The position numbers were made by a program, and so were the translations under genes. The notes beneath the pieces were generated by a model. It ran no database searches, had not been told where the DNA came from, and worked only from the letters and a program-made list of their open reading frames with translations. A DNA stretch of 64,000 nucleotides from an uncultured bacterium (lineage in GTDB: Bacteria > SAR324 > NAC60-12): assembly GCA_965662845.1 (NCBI GenBank), contig CBFIJD010000007.1, positions 39,317-103,316 on the forward strand. Reading direction: 5' to 3'. Positions 47,914-57,577 of the stretch are shown piece after piece (within the stretch, counting starts at the first letter, position 1; each line of letters opens with the position of its first letter).

Positions 47914-50900
47914 TCAGTACCCAAACTCCACGCTCTGGGCGTGCAGGAGTTCCTCTAGCTCCTCCATCATCATGGGAGAGAACTGAACTTGTGTCGGCGT
48001 CTCAATCACGAGTTCAGCGTCTCCCGGAGTCAGCACGCGAAAACGGACTGGGCGTTCGCCGGGATGTTTCTGAAAGATCCCTCTTAGGTAGTGTAGTTGC
48101 TCTTGCGACAGACGATCTCGCTGAATGCCAATGGTCATGAGCCGAGCCCGCTCGGCGCGCACTTGACTCAGTAGGGTCAACTTGTCGGCGATCAGCCCGA
48201 AGTCTTCGTCGCGCAGCTGCACTCGCCCTTCTATCAACAGCGGCTGATCTTTATCTAGTAATTCCCCAAACTCTTGGTACGCCCGAGTGTAGATCGGCAG
48301 CTCTAAGGTGCCTCGCAGGTCTTCAATGCGAATGATCGCGAACTTCTCCGCGGTTTTGGTGAGTCGGATGGTCTTCTCGACCACAATCGCCGCCAGCGCG
48401 ATCGGCTCGCCTTCCTTGTGCTTGCCGTCGATCAAATCAGCGGTCGTGGTCGCTGAAGGCAGCGCTTTGATATCGGAGGCATACGGATCAAGCGGGTGAC
48501 CTGACACATAAAATCCGAGCGCCTCTTTCTCTTGCCGCAGCTTCTCTTTTTGCCGCCAGTCGCGGACTTCGGGCATCACGAGGCGGGTCTCTGTCTGCTT
48601 CGCTTCAGAGTGATCCATCAGATCAAACAGAGAACTCTGCGAGGCGTCTTCCGCGCGTTGAAACTCTTGCGCCAGATGAATTGCTTCATCAAGGCAGGCC
48701 AGCAGCTGCGCCCGATTTGCGTGAAGATTGTCAAACGAACCACATTTTACCAGCGTCTCGAGCATGCGCTTGTTCATGCGGTTGAGGTCAAGCAGCTTCA
48801 GAAACTCCAAAAAATCGAGCTTCTCCTTCGATTGCTCACGGGCCTCAATCAGCGCATCGACCGCGTTCCCGCCGACATTTTTCACCGCGCTCAACCCAAA
48901 CCGCACAGCCTCGATCCGCGCTTCTCGCCTGAGAAAATAACGCAAGGGCGTTGCCTCTGCGGTGACGCTGGCTTGCTCCATCTCTGCGCGTAGCATCGTC
49001 AGCACGGCTTGTTCTTCCTGGGTCAACACAGCTTCGAGCGCATTTGCTTGTGCTTGCACCTCTGCCAGAAACTCGGCTTCCTGCTCGAACTCTTTGTCCT
49101 GCAACGGCTTGAGCACGCGCGGCAATACCAACCGAGCGGTCTCCGCGTTCGGACAACGGAGCCACTCCAAATGAGCGAGGGTGCGCTTGCTCACACGATA
49201 CCCGCGCTTTGAGACCGTGAACTGCTTGCGGCTCTCATACACATCTGGCGCGAGCACCTGCACCTTCATCTCTTTGCACTCGCCGATAAAGTTCACGATC
49301 TTGTCGGGGTTGTTGATACTGGAATTCAGCAGCGCCGCCATAAACTGCACGGGATAGTGCGCTTTGAGATACGCCGTTTGGTAAGAAATCAGCCCATAAG
49401 CGACCGTATGCGACTTGTTGAAACCATAGCCAGAGAAGTAGTCGATGAGGTCAAAGATCTCGTTGGCTTTGTCTTCGGGCGTCATGCCTCTGGGCGTGCC
49501 TTCCACAAACTCTGGATTGGCGGCGCAGCCTTCCACGAACTTCAGGCGTTGCTCGGCGAGCACTTCGGGGATCTTCTTGCCGATCGCGCGGCGCAGCAAG
49601 TCTGCTTGACCAAGTGAGAACTTCGCCAGCACCTGCACGCCCTGCATGATCTGCTCTTGATAGACCATCACGCCATAGGTCTCTTTGAGGATGTTTTCCA
49701 TCAGCGGGTGCGGATAGACGACCTTCTTGCGCCCGTGCTTGCACTGCACAAAGTCGTCAACCATCCCAGAACCAAGCGGTCCGGGGCGGTAGAGCGCCAA
49801 AATCGCGACGATGTCTTCAAACACGCTGGGGCGCATATCAAGCAGCAGCTTCTTCATGCCCGAAGATTCCAACTGAAACACGCCGGTGGTGTCGCCTTTA
49901 CAAAACAGCTCAAAAGTCAGCGGATCGTCCATCGGGATTTTGTTGAGGTCAATCTGCTCTGCAGGCGGACGGTTCCGGTTAATCAGCTCGAGCGCTTTGT
50001 CGATAATTGATAAGTTGAGTAATCCAAGAAAGTCGAATTTTACGGCGCCTTGATCTTCGGCATACTTCATCGGGAACATCGACTGCACGTTGTGCTCTTT
50101 GCCAGTGCAGATCGGCATCACCTCACGGATGTCTTGATCCATGATGATCACACCAGCGGCGTGCGTTCCGAGGTGTGTGCTGAGGTTCTCTAGCGTCTTG
50201 CTCAAGCGAATGAGCTTCTGCTCATTTTCGGAACCTTCTCTCTCCATCCGCGCCAGCTCAGGCTCTTTGTCGATGGCGTCTTGCAGCGAAATGCCAAGCT
50301 CGTTCGGCACCAACTTCGCGATCTTGTCGGCTTCGGAGAAGGGGAAGTCGAGCACTCGGGCCACGCCTCGCACCACCGCCTTGGCTTTGAGGGAACCAAA
50401 GGTTGCGATCTGGCAGACTTTCTCTGGGCCGTATTTCTCGCGGACATGCTCGATGACGCTGTCGCGCCCTTCGACGTCAAAGTCGATGTCGAAGTCTGGC
50501 ATGCTGATGCGGTCAGGGTTCAAAAAGCGCTCAAACAGCAGCCCGTAGCGTAGCGGGTCGACGTCTGTGATGCGCAGCGCATACGCGACTAAGGAACCGG
50601 CGCCGGAACCTCGCCCTGGCCCGACCGAGACGCCGTGATCTTTGGCCCAGTTGATAAATTCGGCAACGATCAAAAAGTAGCCAGGGAACTGCATCTGAAT
50701 GATCACACCCAGCTCAAACTTCAGGCGGGCGTCGTAAGGTTGACGAAACTCTTCAAACGACGCTGCGGGTTGATAGAGTTCATAGAGAAGTTGCAGGCGC
50801 TGCTCGAGTCCCTGCTGGGATTCATGCTCTAGCCACGAGTCGAGGGTATATTCTTGGGGAATCTCAAACTTCGGCAGATAGTACGTTTTGTTATCCAGCG

Positions 50901-51729
50901 ATAGCTCACAAGCTTCGACGATCTCTTGCGTGCGAGTGAGGGATTCCAGCGGCAAGTTTGCGGCTTGGAAGGCGGCCTGCATCTCCTCGTATGATTTAAG
51001 ATAGCGTTGATCTGTGCGCAGGGTTGGCGCGTCACGCTCGGTTACTTTCATCTGTAACCCCATGAGCCAGAGCGCGTGCTGAGCTTCCGCTTCGTCGGAG
51101 TTCAGATAGAAACAGTCGTTGGTCCCGACGGTGGGGATCGCTAACTCTGCTGCGATCTGCTGTAACGTGACATTCAGCTCCGCTTGTTCTGGTAGCCCTG
51201 TGCTCTGCAGCTCGATGTAGTACCTCCCGTCAAAGAGGTCTCGATACCAGCGAGCGATGCTGCATGCGTCTTCCAAGCGACCATTCAAAATGCGGCTCGC
51301 CAGCTCTCCGTCGATGCCACCGCTGAGCGCGATCAAGCCGGCGTGATGTTTCTCGAGTTGGGCGTGATCGATCAGCGGCACGCCGCGCCGTTTCCCCTCG
51401 GTGTAACTTACACTCGCGAGGTAGGTGAGCGATTGGTAGCCCTCGCGGTTTTGACAGAGCAGCTGTGTGTGAAAATGACGTAAGTTCGCGTTGGGATCTG
51501 GGTGCTCGGCGAGGGGAGCTTCGGCGACAAACGCGCCCATCCCGATGAGTGGCTTGAGTCCTTCTTTTTTCAGCGCTTGGTAAAATTCAATCGCGCCGAA
51601 GAGGTTGGCGTGGTCGGTAATAGCAGCGGCGGCAAAACCTCGCTCTTGCAGGGCTGCCGCGAGCTTCTTGACGCGGATCGCGCCTTCCAAGAGGGAATAC
51701 TGCGTGTGTAAGTGTAAGTGCGTGAACAT
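47914..51729 (-). CDS. dnaE: DNA polymerase III alpha subunit (with ~95-aa internal insertion)
   Basis: HLHLHTQYS, GRGSGAGS, PDFDIDF, KFDFLGL, YGFNKSH and EKEALGFYVSGHP motifs; start at MFTHLH. Confidence 0.98.
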   Translation of the reverse strand: MFTHLHLHTQYSLLEGAIRVKKLAAALQERGFAAAAITDHANLFGAIEFYQALKKEGLKPLIGMGAFVAEAPLAEHPDPNANLRHFHTQLLCQNREGYQSLTYLASVSYTEGKRRGVPLIDHAQLEKHHAGLIALSGGIDGELASRILNGRLEDACSIARWYRDLFDGRYYIELQSTGLPEQAELNVTLQQIAAELAIPTVGTNDCFYLNSDEAEAQHALWLMGLQMKVTERDAPTLRTDQRYLKSYEEMQAAFQAANLPLESLTRTQEIVEACELSLDNKTYYLPKFEIPQEYTLDSWLEHESQQGLEQRLQLLYELYQPAASFEEFRQPYDARLKFELGVIIQMQFPGYFLIVAEFINWAKDHGVSVGPGRGSGAGSLVAYALRITDVDPLRYGLLFERFLNPDRISMPDFDIDFDVEGRDSVIEHVREKYGPEKVCQIATFGSLKAKAVVRGVARVLDFPFSEADKIAKLVPNELGISLQDAIDKEPELARMEREGSENEQKLIRLSKTLENLSTHLGTHAAGVIIMDQDIREVMPICTGKEHNVQSMFPMKYAEDQGAVKFDFLGLLNLSIIDKALELINRNRPPAEQIDLNKIPMDDPLTFELFCKGDTTGVFQLESSGMKKLLLDMRPSVFEDIVAILALYRPGPLGSGMVDDFVQCKHGRKKVVYPHPLMENILKETYGVMVYQEQIMQGVQVLAKFSLGQADLLRRAIGKKIPEVLAEQRLKFVEGCAANPEFVEGTPRGMTPEDKANEIFDLIDYFSGYGFNKSHTVAYGLISYQTAYLKAHYPVQFMAALLNSSINNPDKIVNFIGECKEMKVQVLAPDVYESRKQFTVSKRGYRVSKRTLAHLEWLRCPNAETARLVLPRVLKPLQDKEFEQEAEFLAEVQAQANALEAVLTQEEQAVLTMLRAEMEQASVTAEATPLRYFLRREARIEAVRFGLSAVKNVGGNAVDALIEAREQSKEKLDFLEFLKLLDLNRMNKRMLETLVKCGSFDNLHANRAQLLACLDEAIHLAQEFQRAEDASQSSLFDLMDHSEAKQTETRLVMPEVRDWRQKEKLRQEKEALGFYVSGHPLDPYASDIKALPSATTTADLIDGKHKEGEPIALAAIVVEKTIRLTKTAEKFAIIRIEDLRGTLELPIYTRAYQEFGELLDKDQPLLIEGRVQLRDEDFGLIADKLTLLSQVRAERARLMTIGIQRDRLSQEQLHYLRGIFQKHPGERPVRFRVLTPGDAELVIETPTQVQFSPMMMEELEELLHAQSVEFGY

Positions 51730-51803
51730 AGCTGTGTTGGGAGAGGGCAAAAGTGGGAGGGGCGCTCCTGCCTGAGAAGACAGGAGCCAAAGGCGAGAGC
51801 AGA

Positions 51804-53105
51804 TCAGTAGCGGTAGTGTTCTGGCTTGAAGGGGCCTTCTGTGGCGACGCCGAGATATTCCGACTGCTGCGGGGTGAGCGCGGTCAATTCTACGCCCAAC
51901 TTTTTCAAGTGCAGACGCGCGACTTTTTCGTCCAGCTGCTTGGGCAGCACATAGACTTTGTGCTCGTACTTTTCGTAATTCTGCCAAATCTCGAGCTGGG
52001 CCAGCACTTGGTTCGTGAAGCTCGCAGACATCACAAAGGCAGGGTGTCCGGTCGCACAGCCAAGGTTCACCAGGCGGCCTTCCGCGAGCAAGGTGATACG
52101 CTTGCCATCGGCCCAAATGTATTGATCGACTTGCGGCTGGATGTTGATCTTCTTGATGCTTGGGTCGTCATTGAGAGACTTGACATCAATCTCAATGTCG
52201 AAGTGTCCGATGTTGCAGACGATCGCGTTGTCTTTCATCGCGTCAAGGTGCTCGCGGCGGATAATGTCACAGCATCCAGTCGTAGTGACAAAGATGTCTC
52301 CCTGCGGGGCTGCGGTTTCCATGGTGACGACTTCGTAGCCTTCCATCGCGGCTTGCAGCGCGCAGATCGGGTCAACTTCGGTGATCAGTACGCGTGCGCC
52401 TTGGGCTCGTAGTGACTGCGCGCTGCCTTTCCCCACGTCGCCATAGCCAGCGACCACGCCCACTTTCCCGGCGATCATCACGTCTGTCGCTCGTTTGACG
52501 CCATCGAGCAGAGACTCACGGCAGCCGTAGAGGTTATCAAATTTGCTCTTGGTGACGGAGTCATTGACGTTGATCGCGGATAATTTGAGTTCCCCTTTCT
52601 GCATCATTTTGTAGAGTGCGTGCACACCGGTGGTGGTCTCTTCTGAGACGCCGCGAATGTTCGCGAGCAGACCGGGCTCTTTTTGATGGACATATCCGGT
52701 GAGGTCACCGCCGTCGTCGAGCAGCATATTGGGGCCTTCTCCGCCAGGCCACTTGAGCGTCTGCTGCAGACACCACCAGTACTCCTCTTCGGTTTCGCCT
52801 TTCCAAGCAAACACTGGGATGCCCGCAGCGGCGATGGCGGCGGCGGCTTCGTCTTGTGTTGAGAAGATGTTGCATGAAGACCAGCGAATCTCGGCCCCAA
52901 GCGCGACGAGGGTCTCGATCAAAACCGCGGTCTCGACGGTCATGTGCAGTGAGCCGGTGATCTTCGCACCTGCGAGCGGCTTGCTTGCGCTGTATTCTTC
53001 GCGCAGCGCCATCAGGCCCGGCATCTCGCTCTCCGCGAGAGTGATTTTCTTGCGTCCCCAATCTGCGAGGGAAATATCGGCAACTTTGTAGTCAGTGAAC
53101 GACAT
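51804..53105 (-). CDS. ahcY: Adenosylhomocysteinase
   Basis: [36 protein letters not shown] and [13 protein letters not shown] motifs. Confidence 0.99.
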   Translation of the reverse strand: MSFTDYKVADISLADWGRKKITLAESEMPGLMALREEYSASKPLAGAKITGSLHMTVETAVLIETLVALGAEIRWSSCNIFSTQDEAAAAIAAAGIPVFAWKGETEEEYWWCLQQTLKWPGGEGPNMLLDDGGDLTGYVHQKEPGLLANIRGVSEETTTGVHALYKMMQKGELKLSAINVNDSVTKSKFDNLYGCRESLLDGVKRATDVMIAGKVGVVAGYGDVGKGSAQSLRAQGARVLITEVDPICALQAAMEGYEVVTMETAAPQGDIFVTTTGCCDIIRREHLDAMKDNAIVCNIGHFDIEIDVKSLNDDPSIKKINIQPQVDQYIWADGKRITLLAEGRLVNLGCATGHPAFVMSASFTNQVLAQLEIWQNYEKYEHKVYVLPKQLDEKVARLHLKKLGVELTALTPQQSEYLGVATEGPFKPEHYRY

Positions 53106-53139
53106 GAAGCATCTCAATGGTGTAGGTTAAGTTTTGCTA

Positions 53140-53197
53140 GGTGCTTGCCTCCGAGAGGCGGAAGCTACTTCCAAACTAGACACTCTGCCTAAGCACC
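53140..53197 (-). ncRNA. Candidate structured cis-regulatory RNA (four-way junction) in the ahcY leader
   Basis: GGUGCUU/AAGCACC stem closing three 5-bp hairpins; one G-U pair forms only on the ahcY strand. Confidence 0.35.
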
Positions 53198-53352
53198 ACA
53201 CAAAGCTCAAGTGCTAATCACCAAATGCGCATATGATGATGCGCGTGACGCGAATGTGAAATTTTGCGTTTCTCCCGCTTGAAAAGGCTCCCGAGTTAAG
53301 CTAGTTATTTGGATTACTTTTGTTGAATGGATGCAACAGAACCAAGTAGCCC

Positions 53353-54969
53353 ATGAAAATTCGATCTCAACGCTCTTACGGCAGGAAGCCTAAGCGCGTC
53401 GCCGCGAACCAGACTCCGACCCGTGCCCGCCTCGAACGGCGCTTTGAAACGCGTCGCCTCAAAAAGCTCCCCTTAGCCCTTTTGGCCGCTGTCACTTTTG
53501 CCTTCACGCTCGCGCTGCAGCTGGCCTTGTTCTCGTGGGAACCCACCCCGCCCAGTGTTCCTGTGCAACAGCTGGAAGACCTCAACCAGCTTGTGGAACA
53601 AGTCAGCCACCTGCTCGATCAAGAAGAAGCCACCAAGACAGAAGCCATCCAAGAGCTGCTCGACCGTCAGACGCAAGGCGCTGTGCAGTTGCTCTATCTG
53701 GATCGGCAAGTGAAGCAGGCGAGCGGAAGGGCGACGGCGCCAGCCCCTGTGCAAGCCTTTGAGCAGCTGAGTCCCTCGGAGTTCACCCTCACCTTGCCTG
53801 TGGGCCTGGAAAAAGTTCGGGGCCTGCTCGTGGTGCGCCAAGCAATCCCCCCCAATCCTCCTCCGGATTGGCTCGGCGCCATGTTGCTCAGCGCAGCCAT
53901 TGCGACCCTCGGGATCGCGCTGGTGCTGTGGCTCAAAACCACCAGCACGATGAGCCAGATTGACCTACTCTGTCGGCAGTTTGTGCGCTATCGACGCGAG
54001 ACGGAGACCGAAGAGATGCAGTTCCCAGAGACCCGAGAACGCTCCACAGACTTAGAGCTGCGCGTCGCTGTGCTGCAAGACTTGTGGTCGAAATTCCAGA
54101 ACATGCAGTCCCAGCTCACGGACAACGTGCAAGAGCTGGAAGAGTCCAAGCAACAGCTCGAACAAACCATCGAAGACTTGCGCAAAGCGAAAGAGCAAGA
54201 GCGACGCTTGATTGAGCTGGGCTATGCTGTCGCCGAGTTTGGTCACGACATTGGCAACGCCAATGGCACGATCTCCACCTATGCCACGCTCATGCTCCGC
54301 ATGCTCGACAAGCCCACCATCAGCACGATGGACGTCATGCAGTCCATCATCTACCTCCGCAAGATCAATATTGCGTCTGCAAACGTGGCCGACCTAACAG
54401 GCGACATCCTAGAGTTTGCGCGTGGCCACATGCAGTTGAACCTCTCGCCACACAACCCCGATGAGTTTCAAGCGCACCTCGAGGTGGTGCTTGGGTTTGC
54501 CGAGGATATTCCGATTGACTACCACTTTCCCTCGGCAGAACAGACGACGCTGCTCTTCGACGGACGCAAAATTACGCGGGTTTTGATCAACTTGGTGAAA
54601 AATGCTTGGGAGAAATTGCAGGAGGAGGAAGCCGGAGAGATCACAATCGAGATTGTCGCGCGGGCACCAGATTTGTTGATTCGCGTCTGTGACAACGGGT
54701 CGCCAATCCCAGAGCAAGTCTTGCCCGTCATTTTTCAGTCGTTTCAGACCGAGGGGAAAGAGAAGGGAACAGGTCTCGGACTCGCGATCAGCAAAAAGAT
54801 GATCGAGGCGCACGGAGGTAGCATTCGGGCAGAGAACGCAAAAGAGGGCGTGCTCTTTGAGATGTGGCTCCCCAATGCCTGCCACATGTTAAGCGAGCGG
54901 CGCTTAGATGTGCCGGGGGGGCGCCCCTTAGCAACGGCGGAGGCGCTACCAAGGGCGGTCAACTGGTAG
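53353..54969 (+). CDS. Membrane sensor histidine kinase
   Basis: Two TM segments, coiled coil, GHDIGN H-box, NLVKNA N-box, DNGS and GTGLGL G-boxes. Confidence 0.9.
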   Translation: MKIRSQRSYGRKPKRVAANQTPTRARLERRFETRRLKKLPLALLAAVTFAFTLALQLALFSWEPTPPSVPVQQLEDLNQLVEQVSHLLDQEEATKTEAIQELLDRQTQGAVQLLYLDRQVKQASGRATAPAPVQAFEQLSPSEFTLTLPVGLEKVRGLLVVRQAIPPNPPPDWLGAMLLSAAIATLGIALVLWLKTTSTMSQIDLLCRQFVRYRRETETEEMQFPETRERSTDLELRVAVLQDLWSKFQNMQSQLTDNVQELEESKQQLEQTIEDLRKAKEQERRLIELGYAVAEFGHDIGNANGTISTYATLMLRMLDKPTISTMDVMQSIIYLRKINIASANVADLTGDILEFARGHMQLNLSPHNPDEFQAHLEVVLGFAEDIPIDYHFPSAEQTTLLFDGRKITRVLINLVKNAWEKLQEEEAGEITIEIVARAPDLLIRVCDNGSPIPEQVLPVIFQSFQTEGKEKGTGLGLAISKKMIEAHGGSIRAENAKEGVLFEMWLPNACHMLSERRLDVPGGRPLATAEALPRAVNW

Positions 54970-54972
54970 CGC

Positions 54973-55170
54973 TTAGGCGGTCGCGAGCCACTCAGCAGGG
55001 GTGATGTCGCGGGCGAACTGATAGGCTGGCTGCACTTGTGGTTCATCAGCGAGCATGCGCTCTACGCTTTCCATGAAGGACTGGACGGCGTTGTTGACGC
55101 GGCGCTCAAAGTCTGTGGATTGAGTGCGTACGTCTAGGTTATCTTCGAGAACAAAGTTGCTTACTAGCAT
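54973..55170 (-). CDS. Orphan small protein (65 aa)
   Basis: TAAGGAG RBS 6 nt before ATG; sigma28-like promoter upstream. Confidence 0.7.
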   Translation of the reverse strand: MLVSNFVLEDNLDVRTQSTDFERRVNNAVQSFMESVERMLADEPQVQPAYQFARDITPAEWLATA

Positions 55171-55272
55171 GGGGAACTCCTTACGAGTTTGGTGGAAGAA
55201 ATGAGGGCAACCGCGAGTCTCCTTCCTATAGAAACTGTTTGTTCGGTCCCTTGAAATCGTCTGTTACCACCC

Positions 55273-55300
55273 CTATCGACAGCCCACGCCAAAACTTTAG
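55273..55300 (-). promoter_or_regulatory. Putative sigma28 (FliA) promoter
   Basis: Minus strand CTAAAGTTTTGGCGTGGGCTGTCGATAG = TAAA-N15-GTCGATAG versus consensus TAAA-N15-GCCGATAA. Confidence 0.7.
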
Positions 55301-55409
55301 AGAAAAAAAGCACACATCTTGAATTTTTTGCGTCCGCAGCCTGAACGCACCGCTTTTTCAGCTCTCCTATCCCCTGCTGCAATTCGTGAACCACTTCTGC
55401 GCGAAAACC

Positions 55410-55922
55410 ATGTATTTCAAAACATTCTCTCTCCTGCTCTGCGCTTCCCTCTTCACGGCTGGGGCCTACGCGGATGAAGCCACGCGCGTCCGCTGTGTCC
55501 TCTCTGACCAAGCCCACATGCACCTTGCTCCCGATGACAGCGCGCTCCCTTGGCCCGTCCGCCGCTATACCCCGCTGTTGCATGTAGACACCCACGGTGA
55601 CTGGCACTTGGTGCGAGATCTGGACAGCGATTTGTTCTGGATTCACAACCGCTATGTGACGGCAAACGACTATCTTGTCTGCGGAATTGTCCTCGCCGAG
55701 CAAACCGAGGCGCGCTTGGGGCCTGGGGAAGACTATGAGGAGGCCGGCATTCTGACACGCTACACAGGTCTGCGCATCGTGGAGTATGTGGATGGCTGGG
55801 TGCGAGCCGTGATCGAGGATGGATCTGAGGTGTGGGTTGTGGAAGAAGATATGTATAGCCCCTTCGCGGAGGTGAGCGTGGCGCCAGAGGAGCGCCCCGC
55901 AGAAGAGACTTCAGAGGGCTGA
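55410..55922 (+). CDS. Exported tandem bacterial SH3-domain protein
   Basis: Signal peptide; GDWHLVRD.D....WIH and R.GPG..Y ... GWVR....G..WV SH3b-like patterns. Confidence 0.7.
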   Translation: MYFKTFSLLLCASLFTAGAYADEATRVRCVLSDQAHMHLAPDDSALPWPVRRYTPLLHVDTHGDWHLVRDLDSDLFWIHNRYVTANDYLVCGIVLAEQTEARLGPGEDYEEAGILTRYTGLRIVEYVDGWVRAVIEDGSEVWVVEEDMYSPFAEVSVAPEERPAEETSEG

Positions 55923-55928
55923 GTTGGG

Positions 55929-55956
55929 AGAGACCGCGCTGCGGACGGTCTCTTTG
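55929..55956 (+). terminator. Probable intrinsic terminator between convergent SH3 gene and hemH
   Basis: AGAGACCG...CGGTCTCT stem followed by TT. Confidence 0.5.
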
Positions 55957-55963
55957 TCTGAGA

Positions 55964-57052
55964 CTAAGCCGCCGCCGTATTGGCGTTTTCGAGGTCGTTC
56001 GCGGTGGCTTGTCCTGCGCCAGCCACATGTTCGCGCAGCATGTCGGCCAGACCGCTGACCCACGTGGGATGGCTGTTCAGCGAGGGGACTAGGTGCAATT
56101 CTTGACCACCCGCTTCTTTGAACTCCTCCACCGCTTCCATCCCAATCTCTTCGATTGTCTCTAAGCAGTCCGCGACAAAAGCTGGGCAGAACACGACCAG
56201 CTTCTTCACCCCTTTCTTCCCTAACTCTTCAATGACTTTGTCTGTGTAAGGCTGAAGCCACGGGGTGCGCCCTAAGCGTGACTGATAGGTGATGCTGTAC
56301 TTCTCTTTCGGAATGCCGAGCTTCTCCGCCAAGCGGACCGCTGTATGGTGGCAGTGCGCCCCATAGCACATGCGGTTCGCTTCGCAGAGCGTCGCGCAAC
56401 AATTCGGACGCTTCAGGCAGTGTTCCCCCGTCGTGTCGCTCTTTTGCACATGTCGCTCTGGCAAGCCGTGAAAGCTAAAGAGAACATGATCAGGGTTCTG
56501 CTCCCAGTAGGGCTTCCCCACCTCGGCGAAGGCGTTCAAGAAGCGCTCGTCATCATAAAACGGAGGGAGCACCTCCAAATGCGGCGTGTTCCAATGTGCC
56601 AATGCAGAAGCCGCGTCGTATGCCTCAACAATCGCAGACCCGCTGGAGCTTGCCGCATATTGTGGGAACAGCGGCAGCACCAAGATGCGGTCACAACCTT
56701 GCTCACGCAGTTTGTGCATCGCGCTGCTCACCGACGGGTTGCCATAGCGCATTCCCAACACGACAGGAACCTCCAAATCGTTCAGGTGTTCCTGCACCCC
56801 AGCAGTCAATTTTTCTCCGTGCACCAGCAGGGGCGAACCTTCCTCTGTCCAGACTCGGCTATAAGCCTTCGCTGATTTCCGAGAACGAAACGGCAGGATG
56901 ATCAAATTCAGCAAGAGCCAGCGCCCATAGCGGTTGATGTCAAGGACACGGTCATCACTCAAAAACTGCTTCAAATAGCGGCGCACTTCGGGAGGCTGGG
57001 GCGCGTCGGGAGTCCCCAAATTGATCAACAAAACACCTGTCTTCATGGTCAT
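55964..57052 (-). CDS. hemH: Ferrochelatase with internal Cys-rich segment
   Basis: LINLGTP, LFPQYA.SS.GS, LFSFHGLP, YQSRLG..PWLQP and FVADCLETIEE motifs. Confidence 0.97.
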   Translation of the reverse strand: MTMKTGVLLINLGTPDAPQPPEVRRYLKQFLSDDRVLDINRYGRWLLLNLIILPFRSRKSAKAYSRVWTEEGSPLLVHGEKLTAGVQEHLNDLEVPVVLGMRYGNPSVSSAMHKLREQGCDRILVLPLFPQYAASSSGSAIVEAYDAASALAHWNTPHLEVLPPFYDDERFLNAFAEVGKPYWEQNPDHVLFSFHGLPERHVQKSDTTGEHCLKRPNCCATLCEANRMCYGAHCHHTAVRLAEKLGIPKEKYSITYQSRLGRTPWLQPYTDKVIEELGKKGVKKLVVFCPAFVADCLETIEEIGMEAVEEFKEAGGQELHLVPSLNSHPTWVSGLADMLREHVAGAGQATANDLENANTAAA

Positions 57053-57061
57053 CTCTCTACG

Positions 57062-57577
57062 TCATTGGATGGTTAGCGGGGCCTCAAAGGGCGTGGTTTG
57101 AAGGGGGGCGCAGATGCGATTGTCACACACTTGATACGCAAGCTGACCGCGCAAATCATGGTATCCTGCGGATTGATCTTCAGCAATGCGGATGCGCTGT
57201 CGGAGTTCAAAGAGGGTTTTATGAACCGGCACGACTTGCTGCAAGGCGTCATCATAGGTTTGCAGCGGAGGAGACTCGGAGAGCGCAGCGGCAGGTTGGT
57301 GACTGGAGAGAATCTCAAGGCGGGTGGGCTCTGGGCCAGATTCCCCGGCAGGATGAATCGAGTAGACATGCCAGCCAGTGGGCACGGTCACACGGACCAC
57401 CAAGTCAACTTCAGACCCCGCCTCAACGGCGGCGCGCTCAAACTCTGCATACACTTGCAGCTCTGGCAATGCGTTGTCGGGGGCCCCAAAGATGTCGTCT
57501 AAGGACACCGCTTGCCCCCATGCTAGCGTCACCGATCCGCAGAGAAGCCAACAAAGCCACGTGAGACGCCGCATCAT
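57062..57577 (-). CDS. Stand-alone DsbD N-terminal (alpha/Ig-like) domain protein
   Basis: Signal peptide; GWHVYS....GP.PT and YQVCDNRIC motifs. Confidence 0.8.
   Translation of the reverse strand: MMRRLTWLCWLLCGSVTLAWGQAVSLDDIFGAPDNALPELQVYAEFERAAVEAGSEVDLVVRVTVPTGWHVYSIHPAGESGPEPTRLEILSSHQPAAALSESPPLQTYDDALQQVVPVHKTLFELRQRIRIAEDQSAGYHDLRGQLAYQVCDNRICAPLQTTPFEAPLTIQ

Noticed and set aside
48910..49209. Intein in DnaE
   Set aside because: No N-terminal Cys/Ser block A, no terminal His-Asn followed by C/S/T, and no homing endonuclease motifs
53190..53217. CIRCE element
   Set aside because: The right arm AAGTGCTAA is close, but the left arm is poor, the spacer is 10 nt rather than 9, and the flanking genes are not chaperones
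53106..53352. Canonical SAH or SAM riboswitch upstream of ahcY
   Set aside because: Conserved core sequences (e.g. GAGGAGCG...AGGCUC for SAH) were not found by eye
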